Positions 1 through 9,079 are shown, counted from the first letter of the stretch. The stretch is DNA of 64,000 nt from an uncultured delta proteobacterium (GCA_963735595.1 CAVTLK010000002.1:96001-160000); one strand, 5' to 3'. Notes: a model not told the origin generated them from the sequence alone. Numbers and translations: made by a program.

Positions 1-288
1 GAGCTCATCGGTATGCCGGGGGGGATTAACCTGTTTCTCCTGCTTCACTTCCCGCTCCTGTTTATATTCCTGTGGGGGCTGGTTCTGGTCTATATGGAGC
101 GGACGGCGGGCCTGGTCATCTCGGCTATACTCGCGGTCGTCGGGATCTTCGCGCTGGCCATTCACACCTACTTTATCAGGAAGGGTAAGCCCGGTTTTAC
201 CGCGCCGATCTCCCGGTTCATCCTCTGGGGAGGGGCCGCCGTCTCGGCCGTGCAGGGGATCGTTACGATATATCTATTGACCAGGTAG
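1..288 (+). CDS. Small integral membrane protein, DUF6713-like (5' end truncated by the window)
   Basis: Frame is open from base 1 (ELIGMPGGINLFLLLHFPLL...) with three hydrophobic helices; the PGG..FLLLH.PL motif resembles DUF6713. Confidence 0.6.
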   Translation, partial: ELIGMPGGINLFLLLHFPLLFIFLWGLVLVYMERTAGLVISAILAVVGIFALAIHTYFIRKGKPGFTAPISRFILWGGAAVSAVQGIVTIYLLTR

Positions 289-322
289 GTTGTGGTTTTT
301 CCAACTTGTGTATATAATTAAT

Positions 323-655
323 ATGGCGGAGACAAACGGAGAGCGGCACATCACCGAACGGCTCGATCGGGTGATTCACGAGCGGGCGCGGCTCGGGATC
401 ATGGCGATCCTGGTCGGGGGGGGGCGGACCGAGTTTACCGCCCTGAAGGATATGCTGTCGCTTACCGACGGAAACCTGAGCGCGCACCTGAGGGTGTTGG
501 AGAAGAGCGGCTATACTATCGAAACGAAGGAATTTGTGGGGAGACGGCCAAAGACGGCCTACCGGGCGACGGAGAAAGGCGTTCAGGCCTTTAGGAATTA
601 TATGGACTCGCTCGAGAGGTTCATGAAGATCGTTTCCCAAGAGGATGTAAAATGA
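323..655 (+). CDS. Winged-helix transcriptional regulator (HTH_34, ArsR/MarR-like)
   Basis: LDRVIHERARLGIMAIL...LTDGNLSAHLRVLE...RPKTAY motif; ATG at 323 preferred over the ORF-track start at 290. Confidence 0.85.
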   Translation: MAETNGERHITERLDRVIHERARLGIMAILVGGGRTEFTALKDMLSLTDGNLSAHLRVLEKSGYTIETKEFVGRRPKTAYRATEKGVQAFRNYMDSLERFMKIVSQEDVK

Positions 656-1418
656 AACGTAGCTGTGATTCTCGGTATTGTCCTGGCCTGGTTAGGTCCT
701 GACGGTTTTCTCATACGCGGCCGAGCCGACCGCCCAGGACCTCATCAAAGAGGCCGAGGACCTGATGCGGGGCCAGTCCAACACGGGCACGTTTACCATG
801 AGCATCACGACCCCCAATTGGGAGCGCTCCATGACGATGGACTACTGGGAAAAGGGCAAGGAAAAATCGTTGATGAAGGTCGTCTCCCCCGCCAAGGAGG
901 CCGGCACCGTATCCCTCAAGATCGGCAACGAAATGTGGAACTACATCCCCTCGGTCGAGAAGGTCATCAAGGTCCCGCCCTCCATGATGATGCAGTCGTG
1001 GATGGGGTCGGACTTCACCAACGACGACATCGTCAAGGAATCGAGCATCTCCCGGGATTACGAGGCGAAGATCACCGGCAAGCAGGCGCTCCCCGACGGC
1101 CAGTGCTACGTCCTTGACCTCATCCCCCGGCCGGAGGCGGCGGTCGTCTGGGGCAAGATCACGGCATACGTCCGGGTGAGCGACCATATCCCGCTCAAGT
1201 ACGAGTTCTTCGACGAAAAGGGAAAGCTCATCCGCTACCAGACGCTATCCGATATTAAAAATATGGGGGGAAGGACCATCCCCACCGTCATGACGATGGT
1301 CCCGGTGACGAAGAAGGGCAAGAAGACGGTCATGGTCATCGACAGGATCAACTTCAACGTCCCCATCAGCGACGACGTATTTTCGCTCTCGAAACTCAAG
1401 GGCGGCACCACCCGGTAA
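652..1418 (+). CDS. Outer membrane lipoprotein-sorting (LolA-like) protein; N-terminus frameshifted
   Basis: MWNYIPSVEKVIKVPPSMMMQSWMGSDFTNDD motif. The signal peptide is spread over three frames at 652-720; ATG 652 overlaps the upstream stop. Confidence 0.8.
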
Positions 1419-1460
1419 CGGCCGCCCCGAGTTTTTACCGACGAATAAGGAAGCGCGTAT

Positions 1461-2693
1461 ATGGATGGATTTACCTACCGGCTCTTCTTGATGGCGTGGA
1501 GAAACATCTGGCGCAACACCCGCAGAACGGTCATCACCGTGGCCGCGGTGGTGTTCGCGGTGACGATCGCCGTCTTCATGTGGTGCGTGGCGATCGGTGA
1601 GCACGAACAGATGATAAACGACGCCCTCAAGCTCTATCCCGGCCATATCCAGATCCACGCGAAGGGGTACTGGGAGGACAAGACCATCTATAACAGCCTC
1701 CTGCCGCCCGAGGAGCTGATCGCCACGCTCTCCGCCGACGACCGGGTCAAGGCCGTCACCACGCGGCTGACGGTCGATGCCCTCATATCCAGCGATACCA
1801 ACACCAGCGGCGTGGCGATGATCGGGGTGGACCCCGCCCGGGAGTTTTCGGATATCAGGGAAAAGATCATCGACGGCGCGTTCATCGAGCCCGGCAACCC
1901 CGATGCCATCGTCATCGGCCAGTCCCTGGCCAAGAACCTGAACTGCGGCGTGGGCGACCGGCTGGTGATCCTGACCCAGGCCTACGACGGCTCCATCGCC
2001 GCGCGGTTCTTCACGGTTTCGGGGATCTTCCGCACGGGGTCCATGGAGTTTGACCGGGCGATGGCGATGGTGGATATAGCGACGGCGGGCGATCTCCTGT
2101 CGATGTACGGGCAGGTGACGGAAGTGTCGCTCCTGCTCAAGACCGACCGCGACGCGGACGACCTGACCCGGGAAATCAGCGGGGCGCTTTCCCCCGAGAC
2201 CCACGAGGTCATGCCCTGGCAACAGCTCATCCCGGACCTCGTCCAGTTCGTGGAGCTGGATAACATCTTCGGGTATATCTATTATTTCATGATCCTGGTC
2301 GTCGTCATCTTCGGGATCATGAACACGATCCTCATGGCGGTCATGGAGCGGTACCGGGAATTCGGGGTGATCATGGCGCTCGGCACCAAACCGAAGCATA
2401 TCGTATCCCTCGTCCTGATGGAGTCCGCCCTGATCGCCCTGGTGGGGATCGTCATCGGGGACGCGATCGGGTTTGGGATATCCTACTATTTCACCCAGGT
2501 CCCGATGGATCTCTCCGCCTACGCCAAGAGCATGGAGAGCTTCGGGATCAACCCGCTGCTCTACGCCAAGATATATCCGTTTGTCTTCTATATTACGGAC
2601 CTGATCATCCTGTCGGCGACGATCCTTTCGGCGGTCTACCCGGCGGTCAAGGCATCACGGCTCGAACCGGTCCGCGCGCTGCGGTACGTGTAG
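1461..2693 (+). CDS. ABC transporter permease, MacB/FtsX (LolC/E-like)
   Basis: AWRNIWRNTRRT N-terminus, large periplasmic domain, MAVMERYREFGVIMALG, YPAVKASRLEPVRALR. Confidence 0.9.
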   Translation: MDGFTYRLFLMAWRNIWRNTRRTVITVAAVVFAVTIAVFMWCVAIGEHEQMINDALKLYPGHIQIHAKGYWEDKTIYNSLLPPEELIATLSADDRVKAVTTRLTVDALISSDTNTSGVAMIGVDPAREFSDIREKIIDGAFIEPGNPDAIVIGQSLAKNLNCGVGDRLVILTQAYDGSIAARFFTVSGIFRTGSMEFDRAMAMVDIATAGDLLSMYGQVTEVSLLLKTDRDADDLTREISGALSPETHEVMPWQQLIPDLVQFVELDNIFGYIYYFMILVVVIFGIMNTILMAVMERYREFGVIMALGTKPKHIVSLVLMESALIALVGIVIGDAIGFGISYYFTQVPMDLSAYAKSMESFGINPLLYAKIYPFVFYITDLIILSATILSAVYPAVKASRLEPVRALRYV

Positions 2694-2702
2694 GGGGAAC
2701 AG

Positions 2703-3929
2703 ATGAACCTCACCCTCAAACTGGCATGGAGGAACCTCTGGAGGAACAAGCGGCGCTCCTTTATCGTGATCGCCGCCATCGTGTCCGGGCTCTGGGGGAT
2801 GGTCTTCATGATCGCCATCTCCGAGGGGATGATGCAGGAGATGGTCAAGACCTCCATCGAGTCGGGCGTCGGGCACGTCCAGATACACCGGCAGGGGTTC
2901 ATGGATAACCTGGACGTCAACCGGAACGTCCGCGACCCCTCCTGGGTCCTGAAGAAGATCGAGGGCACGCCGCACATCGAGGCGGCCGCCGAGCGGATCA
3001 AGGTCATGGGGCTGGTCTCGTCGCCGGAGAGCTCGGCCGGGGTCCTGATCTGGGGGATCGACCACGCCGCCGAGCCGCGGGTCTCCGCGGTGCGGCGGTG
3101 GCTTTCCGACGGGGAATTCCTCTCCGGCGCCCACGGGGAGATATACATCGGCAGGAGCCTGGCCCACAAGCTCGAGGTCGAGCTGGGCGACAAGATCGTC
3201 CTGATGAGCCAGGGCCTCTCGCCGGAGATCGGGTCTGCGGCGTACCGCGTGGCCGGGATCTTCGAGTCCACCTCGCCCGAGTTTGACAAGTTTAACCTCT
3301 ATATAAACCTCGACGACGCCCAACAGCTCCTCTCGATGGGCGGCCGGGTTTCGGAGATCGTCATCATCGCCGACGATATCGACAACGTGGACGGGCTGAC
3401 GGCATCGTTGACCCGCACCCTTTCGGGCACCGGGATGGAGGTCCTCTCGTGGAAGGGGGTGCTCCCGGTCATCGTCGAGATGCTGGCGATGTTTGACGGG
3501 TTCAACTACGTCGTCTATATCATAGTCGTCCTGGCGATGGCCTTCGGGATCGTCAACACGATCCTGATGAGCGTGTTAGAGCGGACCCGTGAGATCGGCA
3601 TCCTGATGGCCATCGGGACCCGCCCGCGGCTCGTCTTTTTCGAGGTCCTGAGCGAGGGGGTGCTGCTGGGGCTCATCGGGATCGTCGTCGGCTGGGTCTT
3701 CACGGGGGTCTTTTACGCGGTGATCTCGCACACGGGCATCGACCTGTCCCTCTGGGCCGAGAGCCTCAGGTACATGGGAGGCATCGGCGCGACTCTCTAC
3801 CCGCTCGTCACCATCGGCAACGTCGTCAAGTCGACCGTCTCGGTCTTCCTGGCGGCGGCCCTCTCGTCGCTCTATCCCGCGATACGGATCATGCGCCTTT
3901 CGCCGTCTTCGGCGATTCGCTCGGTATAA
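2703..3929 (+). CDS. ABC transporter permease, MacB/FtsX (LolC/E-like), second paralogue
   Basis: AWRNLWRNKRRS; MSVLERTREIGILMAIG. Confidence 0.9.
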   Translation: MNLTLKLAWRNLWRNKRRSFIVIAAIVSGLWGMVFMIAISEGMMQEMVKTSIESGVGHVQIHRQGFMDNLDVNRNVRDPSWVLKKIEGTPHIEAAAERIKVMGLVSSPESSAGVLIWGIDHAAEPRVSAVRRWLSDGEFLSGAHGEIYIGRSLAHKLEVELGDKIVLMSQGLSPEIGSAAYRVAGIFESTSPEFDKFNLYINLDDAQQLLSMGGRVSEIVIIADDIDNVDGLTASLTRTLSGTGMEVLSWKGVLPVIVEMLAMFDGFNYVVYIIVVLAMAFGIVNTILMSVLERTREIGILMAIGTRPRLVFFEVLSEGVLLGLIGIVVGWVFTGVFYAVISHTGIDLSLWAESLRYMGGIGATLYPLVTIGNVVKSTVSVFLAAALSSLYPAIRIMRLSPSSAIRSV

Positions 3930-3960
3930 CGGCTGGCTTCGGCACGGAAAAGGAAAAACG

Positions 3961-4653
3961 ATGAAAGACTCGATCATTATCCAGACGAAAAAACTGACGA
4001 AGGTTTACGACGAATCCGCCCTCACGATCACCGCGCTCGACCGGGTGGACCTGACCATCCGAAAGGGGGAGTTCATGGCCCTGGCCGGCCCCTCGGGGTC
4101 CGGCAAGACGACCCTGCTCAACCTCATCGGGGGGCTGGATAAGCCGACCGAGGGGACGGTCATCGTCGCGGGAAAGGACATCGCCTCCCTCGGGAAGACC
4201 GAGCTTTCCGACCTCAGGCTCTTTCACATCGGGTTTATCTTCCAGGCCTATAACCTCATACCCGTTTTGACGGCCCGGGAAAACGTGGAATACGTCATGC
4301 TGCTCCAGGGCGTCGAGGAGCGCGAGCGCATCCGGCGGGCCGAGGAGATCCTCACGGAGGTGGGACTTGCCGACTATATCAACACCCGCCCCAACCAGAT
4401 GAGCGGGGGTCAGCAGCAGCGGGTGGCGGTTGCGCGCGCGATCGTATCCAACCCGGACGTGGTGCTGGCCGACGAGCCCACGGCTAACCTGGACTCGAAG
4501 ACCGGCGAGGCGCTCCTGACGCAGATGCGCCACATGAACGAATCCCACAGGATCACGTTCGTCTTCTCCACGCACGACAGGATGGTCATGGACCACGCCC
4601 GGAGGCTGGTGATCCTGAGGGACGGGGCGATTACGGAGGATAACCGGAAATGA
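3961..4653 (+). CDS. ABC transporter ATP-binding protein (LolD/MacB-like)
   Basis: Walker A GPSGSGKT, signature MSGGQQQR, Walker B VLADEPT. Confidence 0.95.
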   Translation: MKDSIIIQTKKLTKVYDESALTITALDRVDLTIRKGEFMALAGPSGSGKTTLLNLIGGLDKPTEGTVIVAGKDIASLGKTELSDLRLFHIGFIFQAYNLIPVLTARENVEYVMLLQGVEERERIRRAEEILTEVGLADYINTRPNQMSGGQQQRVAVARAIVSNPDVVLADEPTANLDSKTGEALLTQMRHMNESHRITFVFSTHDRMVMDHARRLVILRDGAITEDNRK

Positions 4654-5906
4654 CCGGCCCGCGAAAGGGGATGGGCCGGCGGCCCGCGGCGGCCGTCGCG
4701 GTTATAGTCTGCGCCGCGGCGCTCTTCCTGCTGTGCCCGGCGGCCTTCGGCCAGTCGAGGGAACTGCTCACGACCGACGACCTGACCGTCACCTGGGGCG
4801 GGTACCTCACGTCCCTGACGACGGCGTCCGTCCCCGAAAATGGCAGGGAGGTATGGAACGGGGCCGTGACGCTCCGGGTCAAGACCGAGGCGAACTGGCG
4901 CGACCGGTTCACTCTCACGCTGCACTACGAGGTCAGCGCCCTCTGGGGCGGCTCGCTCGGCAACCACGCCTACCGGTCGGCCGCGCTGGCCGACCCGGAC
5001 GTATTCGCGAACCTCTGGTGGCCCATCGGTGAGGGGAGGAGGATCGTCGCGTCCCACACGCTTGACCGGGCCTACCTGACGGTGCGCGCCGACCCGGTGA
5101 ACGTCATCATCGGGCGCCAGCGCATCGGGTGGGGCGTGGCGCGGTTCATCTCTCCGCTTGACCTCTTCAACCCGTTTGACCCGATGGCCATCGATACGGA
5201 GGAGCGGCGGGGGACCGACGCCCTGGTGACCGAGGTCTCCCTCGGGCAGTTTACGGGGATGTCGCTCGTGTTCGCGCCGACGTTTCCTATGGACAACGCG
5301 TCGTACGCGGTCCGTCTCTATACGAATCGCTTTAATTATGACGTATCGCTCGTGGCCGGGAGGTTTACGGACCGCGAGGTCTACGGCCTGGATTTCTCCG
5401 GCCAGGTCTGGAATATCGCGGTCTGGGGGGAGGTCGCCTGGAACGAGGAGGACGAGGGGGTGACGTACGCCGTCGCCGACCCGTCGTCGCCGTTCGGGTT
5501 TTCTCTGCACCGGTCAAAGAGCGGCTACGTGCGGGCGACGCTGGGGGCGCAGTATATCTTTCCGAATACCCTGTCGGTTCTCGCGGAGTATTACTATAAC
5601 GGCAAGGGGGAGATGGATAGGGGCAACTATAACTGGGAGGCGGCGGCCGACGGGTCGGAGCCGGCCCTTTCTCGGCATTACCTTTTCGCGAGCGTCGGCT
5701 ACCAGATCACCCCGCTCCTGACGGGGAGCTTTTCCGCGGTCTGCAACGTCGGGGACGGGAGCGTCCTCCTGGCGCCGTCCGTCGAATACTCGCTTACCGA
5801 GGACGTCTACCTTTCGGCCGGGGCGCAGGTCGGGATAGGGGAGAGTCGGACGGAATACGGCGAGCGGCCGGAGTTATATTATCTCCAGGTGAGGTATTAT
5901 TTCTAA
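4650..5906 (+). CDS. Putative outer-membrane beta-barrel protein
   Basis: Signal peptide; LDRAYL...IGRQRIGWG...PLDLFNP motif; amphipathic strands; C-terminal YYF. Confidence 0.7.
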   Translation: MTGPRKGMGRRPAAAVAVIVCAAALFLLCPAAFGQSRELLTTDDLTVTWGGYLTSLTTASVPENGREVWNGAVTLRVKTEANWRDRFTLTLHYEVSALWGGSLGNHAYRSAALADPDVFANLWWPIGEGRRIVASHTLDRAYLTVRADPVNVIIGRQRIGWGVARFISPLDLFNPFDPMAIDTEERRGTDALVTEVSLGQFTGMSLVFAPTFPMDNASYAVRLYTNRFNYDVSLVAGRFTDREVYGLDFSGQVWNIAVWGEVAWNEEDEGVTYAVADPSSPFGFSLHRSKSGYVRATLGAQYIFPNTLSVLAEYYYNGKGEMDRGNYNWEAAADGSEPALSRHYLFASVGYQITPLLTGSFSAVCNVGDGSVLLAPSVEYSLTEDVYLSAGAQVGIGESRTEYGERPELYYLQVRYYF

Positions 5907-5968
5907 TCGCCGGGGCGTGATGTAGCCGGGAAAGGGGACACTCTCGTTTTCCCGTTCGGTGCTATCCC

Positions 5969-6135
5969 GTCAGTTCGAGCCGCCGATCGGCGGTACGGCG
6001 ATCTCCCGCCCGTCTTCGCGTTTCCGTCACTTCACCGTCATTGCGAGGGCGCGGCAGCGCCCGTGGCAATCCCCTCACCGTCACCGAAAACGTCCCCTAT
6101 CATTATAGAGGAGGCAGAAAGCCGACGCGGCAATC
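5969..6135 (+). repeat. Cluster of three GTCATTGCGAG...GGCAATC REP-like palindromes
   Basis: Copies at 5969-6004, 6037-6073 (best: GTCATTGCGAGGGCGCGGCAGCGCCCGTGGCAATCCC) and 6099-6135. Confidence 0.7.
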
Positions 6136-6167
6136 GCCGCGTAGTGTGGCGGGAAGAAATGTCAACA

Positions 6168-6217
6168 AAAGATTTGACCCCCTTTAGACCCTAAAGATTT
6201 GACCCCCTTTAGACCCT
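6168..6217. repeat. Perfect 25-bp tandem direct repeat AAAGATTTGACCCCCTTTAGACCCT x2
   Basis: 6168-6192 and 6193-6217 are identical, with no spacer. Confidence 0.95.
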
Positions 6218-6229
6218 TTCTAAATCTCC

Positions 6230-6730
6230 CTACTTATCCTTTAAGATGCTATCTATGATTAACTGTTCCATATTCCCGGTAGAAGCACAATCCCAAGTCC
6301 CCGCTACTTTTAAGAGGGCGTTATAGTAAGTTCCCGGAAATTGTGCATTAACCTTTATGCTTGTTGTGTCTTCGTCAATCCTTTTTACAAACACATTGAA
6401 TTTCATATAAAAATATGTTAATTGATTCAATCCTGGCTCTCCGCAATCACAGATTTCAATACCGTTATAGATTACCATTCCCTTTATTACGCCCAGGTGA
6501 GGTACTTTCATCGGCTCAGAGACAATTATTCCGGAGTCTTTTTCTATCGTCTGAATATTGATGTTATTAGAGGCAAAAAAGTCGATTACACCTTCCCATA
6601 CTTCATCGTATGATTTATCAACAATTCTTCCTGTATCAATATCCCTTTGTACTGGTGGCCTTGTAGCACACGCAAGAGCGTATACTGTAATTAGAGAGAT
6701 AGCGAACAAGAGTATAAGATTCCGTTTCAT
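6230..6730 (-). CDS. Hypothetical lipoprotein (low-GC islet)
   Basis: GGAG RBS, then MKRNLILLFAISLITVYALAC (lipobox LAC); CDCG and CASTG motifs; AT-rich codons. Confidence 0.75.
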   Translation of the reverse strand: MKRNLILLFAISLITVYALACATRPPVQRDIDTGRIVDKSYDEVWEGVIDFFASNNINIQTIEKDSGIIVSEPMKVPHLGVIKGMVIYNGIEICDCGEPGLNQLTYFYMKFNVFVKRIDEDTTSIKVNAQFPGTYYNALLKVAGTWDCASTGNMEQLIIDSILKDK

Positions 6731-6802
6731 GTTATTCTCCACTATATATTCTTTGTGAAATACCTTATAGTACCGATTAGTACAAGTCAAGCGTGAATTA
6801 AT

Positions 6803-7198
6803 ATGGAAATATTGAATACAACCTTTTCTAGACTTTGGCACCTCATCCATTCACTGCCTATATGCCACCACCTTCCTGAAAGGAGTACGTTATGGGGACT
6901 TGACTTCCCACTCTGTTGTCGATGCACAGGACTATATATGTTCCTTATACTTGGTTTCATCTTTAATAGTTTTCTCAAGATTGGACATTCAGGTAAAAGA
7001 AGAACGCTATTCACCCTAATAGGTCTATCGCTGCTCACAGGAATAGAGGCCGTATTAGAGATAGTATTTAGAGTAGACCCCGGGAATCTGATAAGGCTTA
7101 TGACTGGAACCGTTTCGGGATGTGCGATAGGGTTTCTGCTTAACGCTGCCTCTTTTGGTAGGATGGATTCATCTGGAATTAAGGGGACATATACTTAA
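6803..7198 (+). CDS. DUF2085-like membrane protein (low-GC islet)
   Basis: ICHHLPERS...PLCCRCTGLY and NLIRLMTG motifs; several TM helices. Confidence 0.75.
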   Translation: MEILNTTFSRLWHLIHSLPICHHLPERSTLWGLDFPLCCRCTGLYMFLILGFIFNSFLKIGHSGKRRTLFTLIGLSLLTGIEAVLEIVFRVDPGNLIRLMTGTVSGCAIGFLLNAASFGRMDSSGIKGTYT

Positions 7199-7257
7199 TT
7201 AATAGGCGCTCTGTTTAAGCAAAGAAACAGTAACTAAGTACGTGTCCCCTTAATTCC
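7175..7257. mobile_element. 83-bp MITE/REPIN-like element with 27-bp terminal inverted repeats
   Basis: GGAATTAAGGGGACATATACTTAATTA (7175-7201) matches the reverse complement of 7231-7257 (GGAATTAAGGGGACACGTACTTAGTTA) at 24/27 positions. Confidence 0.65.
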
Positions 7258-7293
7258 CTTCACTCCTTCCGCCGCCCCCGCCCGATATTTTCT

Positions 7294-7321
7294 TGAAATG
7301 AACCACCATTCATGTTATAGT
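7294..7321 (+). promoter_or_regulatory. Sigma70-like promoter for the dehydrogenase gene
   Basis: TTGAAA-N16-TATAGT with extended -10 TG; AAGGAG RBS downstream. Confidence 0.5.
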
Positions 7322-7375
7322 ATCTCTTCTACCTCGCAATCCTCTATCTGCTGGTTATAAAAAAGGAGTAGAACC

Positions 7376-8275
7376 ATGGCACAGACAATCAAGACCGTTG
7401 GAATCGTCGGCGCCGGCTTCATGGGGTGCCAGATCGCGTCCCGCGCGGCCGTGTTCGGCTTTACCGTCAGGATGTTTGACCTGAATCCCGAGGTGCTTAC
7501 CGCCGCAAAGGCCACCACGAAGGCCTATACCGATATGCATTTTGGCGACAACAAGAGCGAGGCCGCCGCGGCGGAAAGCAGGGTATCCTACTACGGCACG
7601 CTGGCCGAGGCGCTGGCGGGCGTCGACCTGGCCTTCGAGGTCGTGCCGGAGAACCCGGAGCTCAAGAAGAAGGTGTTTGCCGAGATGGAAAAGGCCGCGC
7701 CGTCGCACGCGATCCTCGCCTCCAATTCCTCCTCGATCCCCGTTTCCTGCGTCATCGACTCCGTCCAGTGCCATGACCGCGTCATCAATATCCACTTTTA
7801 CATCCCCATCTCCCAGCGCAACATCGTGGATATCATGGGATGCGCCAAGACCAGCAAGGAAACCAAGGACGCCGCCGAACAGTGGGTCAGGGATATCCAC
7901 TGCATCCCCCTGCTTGCCAGGAAGGAGTGCATGGGGTTTGTCTTCAACCGGGTATGGCGCGCGATCAAGAAGGACTCCCTGGCCATCTGGGCGGGGGGCT
8001 ACGCCGATTTCCGCGACGTCGACCGCGGATGGATGGTCATGACCGGCATGAACATCGGGCCCTTCGGCGCGATGGACTACGTGGGGCTGGACGTGGTCTA
8101 CGACATCGAGATGTCCTACTACAACGACAGCAAGGACCCCAAGGACAAGCCGCCCCAGGCCCTCAAGGACATGATCGACAAGGGGCTCAAGGGCGTCAAG
8201 ACGATGAAGGGCTTCTACGACTGGAAGAGCCCCGAGTTCATGAGCCCCGACTTCCTGGACCCTAAGAAGAAGTAG
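7376..8275 (+). CDS. 3-hydroxyacyl-CoA dehydrogenase family protein
   Basis: GAGFMG Rossmann motif, EVVPENPELK, ASNSSS, HF, GFVFNR, GPFGAMDYVGLD. Confidence 0.92.
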   Translation: MAQTIKTVGIVGAGFMGCQIASRAAVFGFTVRMFDLNPEVLTAAKATTKAYTDMHFGDNKSEAAAAESRVSYYGTLAEALAGVDLAFEVVPENPELKKKVFAEMEKAAPSHAILASNSSSIPVSCVIDSVQCHDRVINIHFYIPISQRNIVDIMGCAKTSKETKDAAEQWVRDIHCIPLLARKECMGFVFNRVWRAIKKDSLAIWAGGYADFRDVDRGWMVMTGMNIGPFGAMDYVGLDVVYDIEMSYYNDSKDPKDKPPQALKDMIDKGLKGVKTMKGFYDWKSPEFMSPDFLDPKKK

Positions 8276-8299
8276 AGCTATCCGTTACCGTTATTTACT

Positions 8300-8328
8300 A
8301 TTCGGGGGGGAGCATGCTCCCCCCGAAT
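8300..8328. terminator. GC-rich hairpin after the dehydrogenase gene
   Basis: ATTCGGGGGGGAGC-AT-GCTCCCCCCGAAT near-perfect inverted repeat; lacks a clear U-tract. Confidence 0.5.
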
Positions 8329-8359
8329 CGTTTCGATATCGGTTTAGTCGGTTTAATCG

Positions 8360-8902
8360 TTGTTTGATATTGTCGTGGACCTAAACTTTACCCTCTTCTT
8401 TCTTCTCCTTGCGGCGGTCGCGGGCTTTATCGCCAAGCGGCTGATAGGCCGCAGTGACGACGAGCCCGCTATCGAGGAAATCCTCTCGGAGATCGTCCCG
8501 TTCCTGAACGACCCGGCGGCGCTCCACCGGAAGGTCGCCAGGGACCTGCGGCAGCGGCGTATTCGGGGCGGCGGGACGATTATCGACATCACCCCGACCC
8601 AAAAAACGGAGATCGTCCGGATCAGGGACCGCGTGGTTGTTGATATTGGCGTGGAGACGGACGGGGTGGCCGTCGAGCGCGACGTCGTCTACGAGCTCGC
8701 GTTCATGCGGCCTGATACGCTGGATGAGGCGGGTATCGGCCAGTACGTGGAGTTCACCGGAATCCTCATCGATATCACGGGCGGGACGGGGACGCCGGTC
8801 ATAACGGCCGACCCGGGGGAGATCCTCTATATCGGAGATGGGCCGCCTGACGGTGCGGACGCGGACGAGGAGCCGCCGGATACCGGCGGGGAGTTTCGAT
8901 AG
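8360..8902 (+). CDS. Hypothetical membrane-anchored protein
   Basis: N-terminal TM helix, acidic beta-rich remainder, genome-like codon usage. Confidence 0.6.
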   Translation: MFDIVVDLNFTLFFLLLAAVAGFIAKRLIGRSDDEPAIEEILSEIVPFLNDPAALHRKVARDLRQRRIRGGGTIIDITPTQKTEIVRIRDRVVVDIGVETDGVAVERDVVYELAFMRPDTLDEAGIGQYVEFTGILIDITGGTGTPVITADPGEILYIGDGPPDGADADEEPPDTGGEFR

Positions 8903-9023
8903 AGGGATATGACTGCGGCGTATGCCGATGAGCCAACCGTCGGGATATCCCGTTCGATAGATGCCGTGCCTTTCGTTACTTGTCCGAATATCCAAAAAGT
9001 AAGCAGAACACGTAATTTTCTTC

Positions 9024-9079
9024 TTGACAGTACTCAGAAATGGATTTACACTTATCGTAACTAACTAACCAGTTAGTTA
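9024..9079 (+). promoter_or_regulatory. Sigma70 promoter plus probable TetR operator of the efflux operon
   Basis: TTGACA(9024)-N17-TACACT(9047), then palindrome TAACTAACCAGTTAGTTA at 9062-9079. Confidence 0.7.

Noticed and set aside
6168..6217. Possible CRISPR repeats
   Set aside because: Only two units, directly abutting with no spacer, and no cas genes in the window
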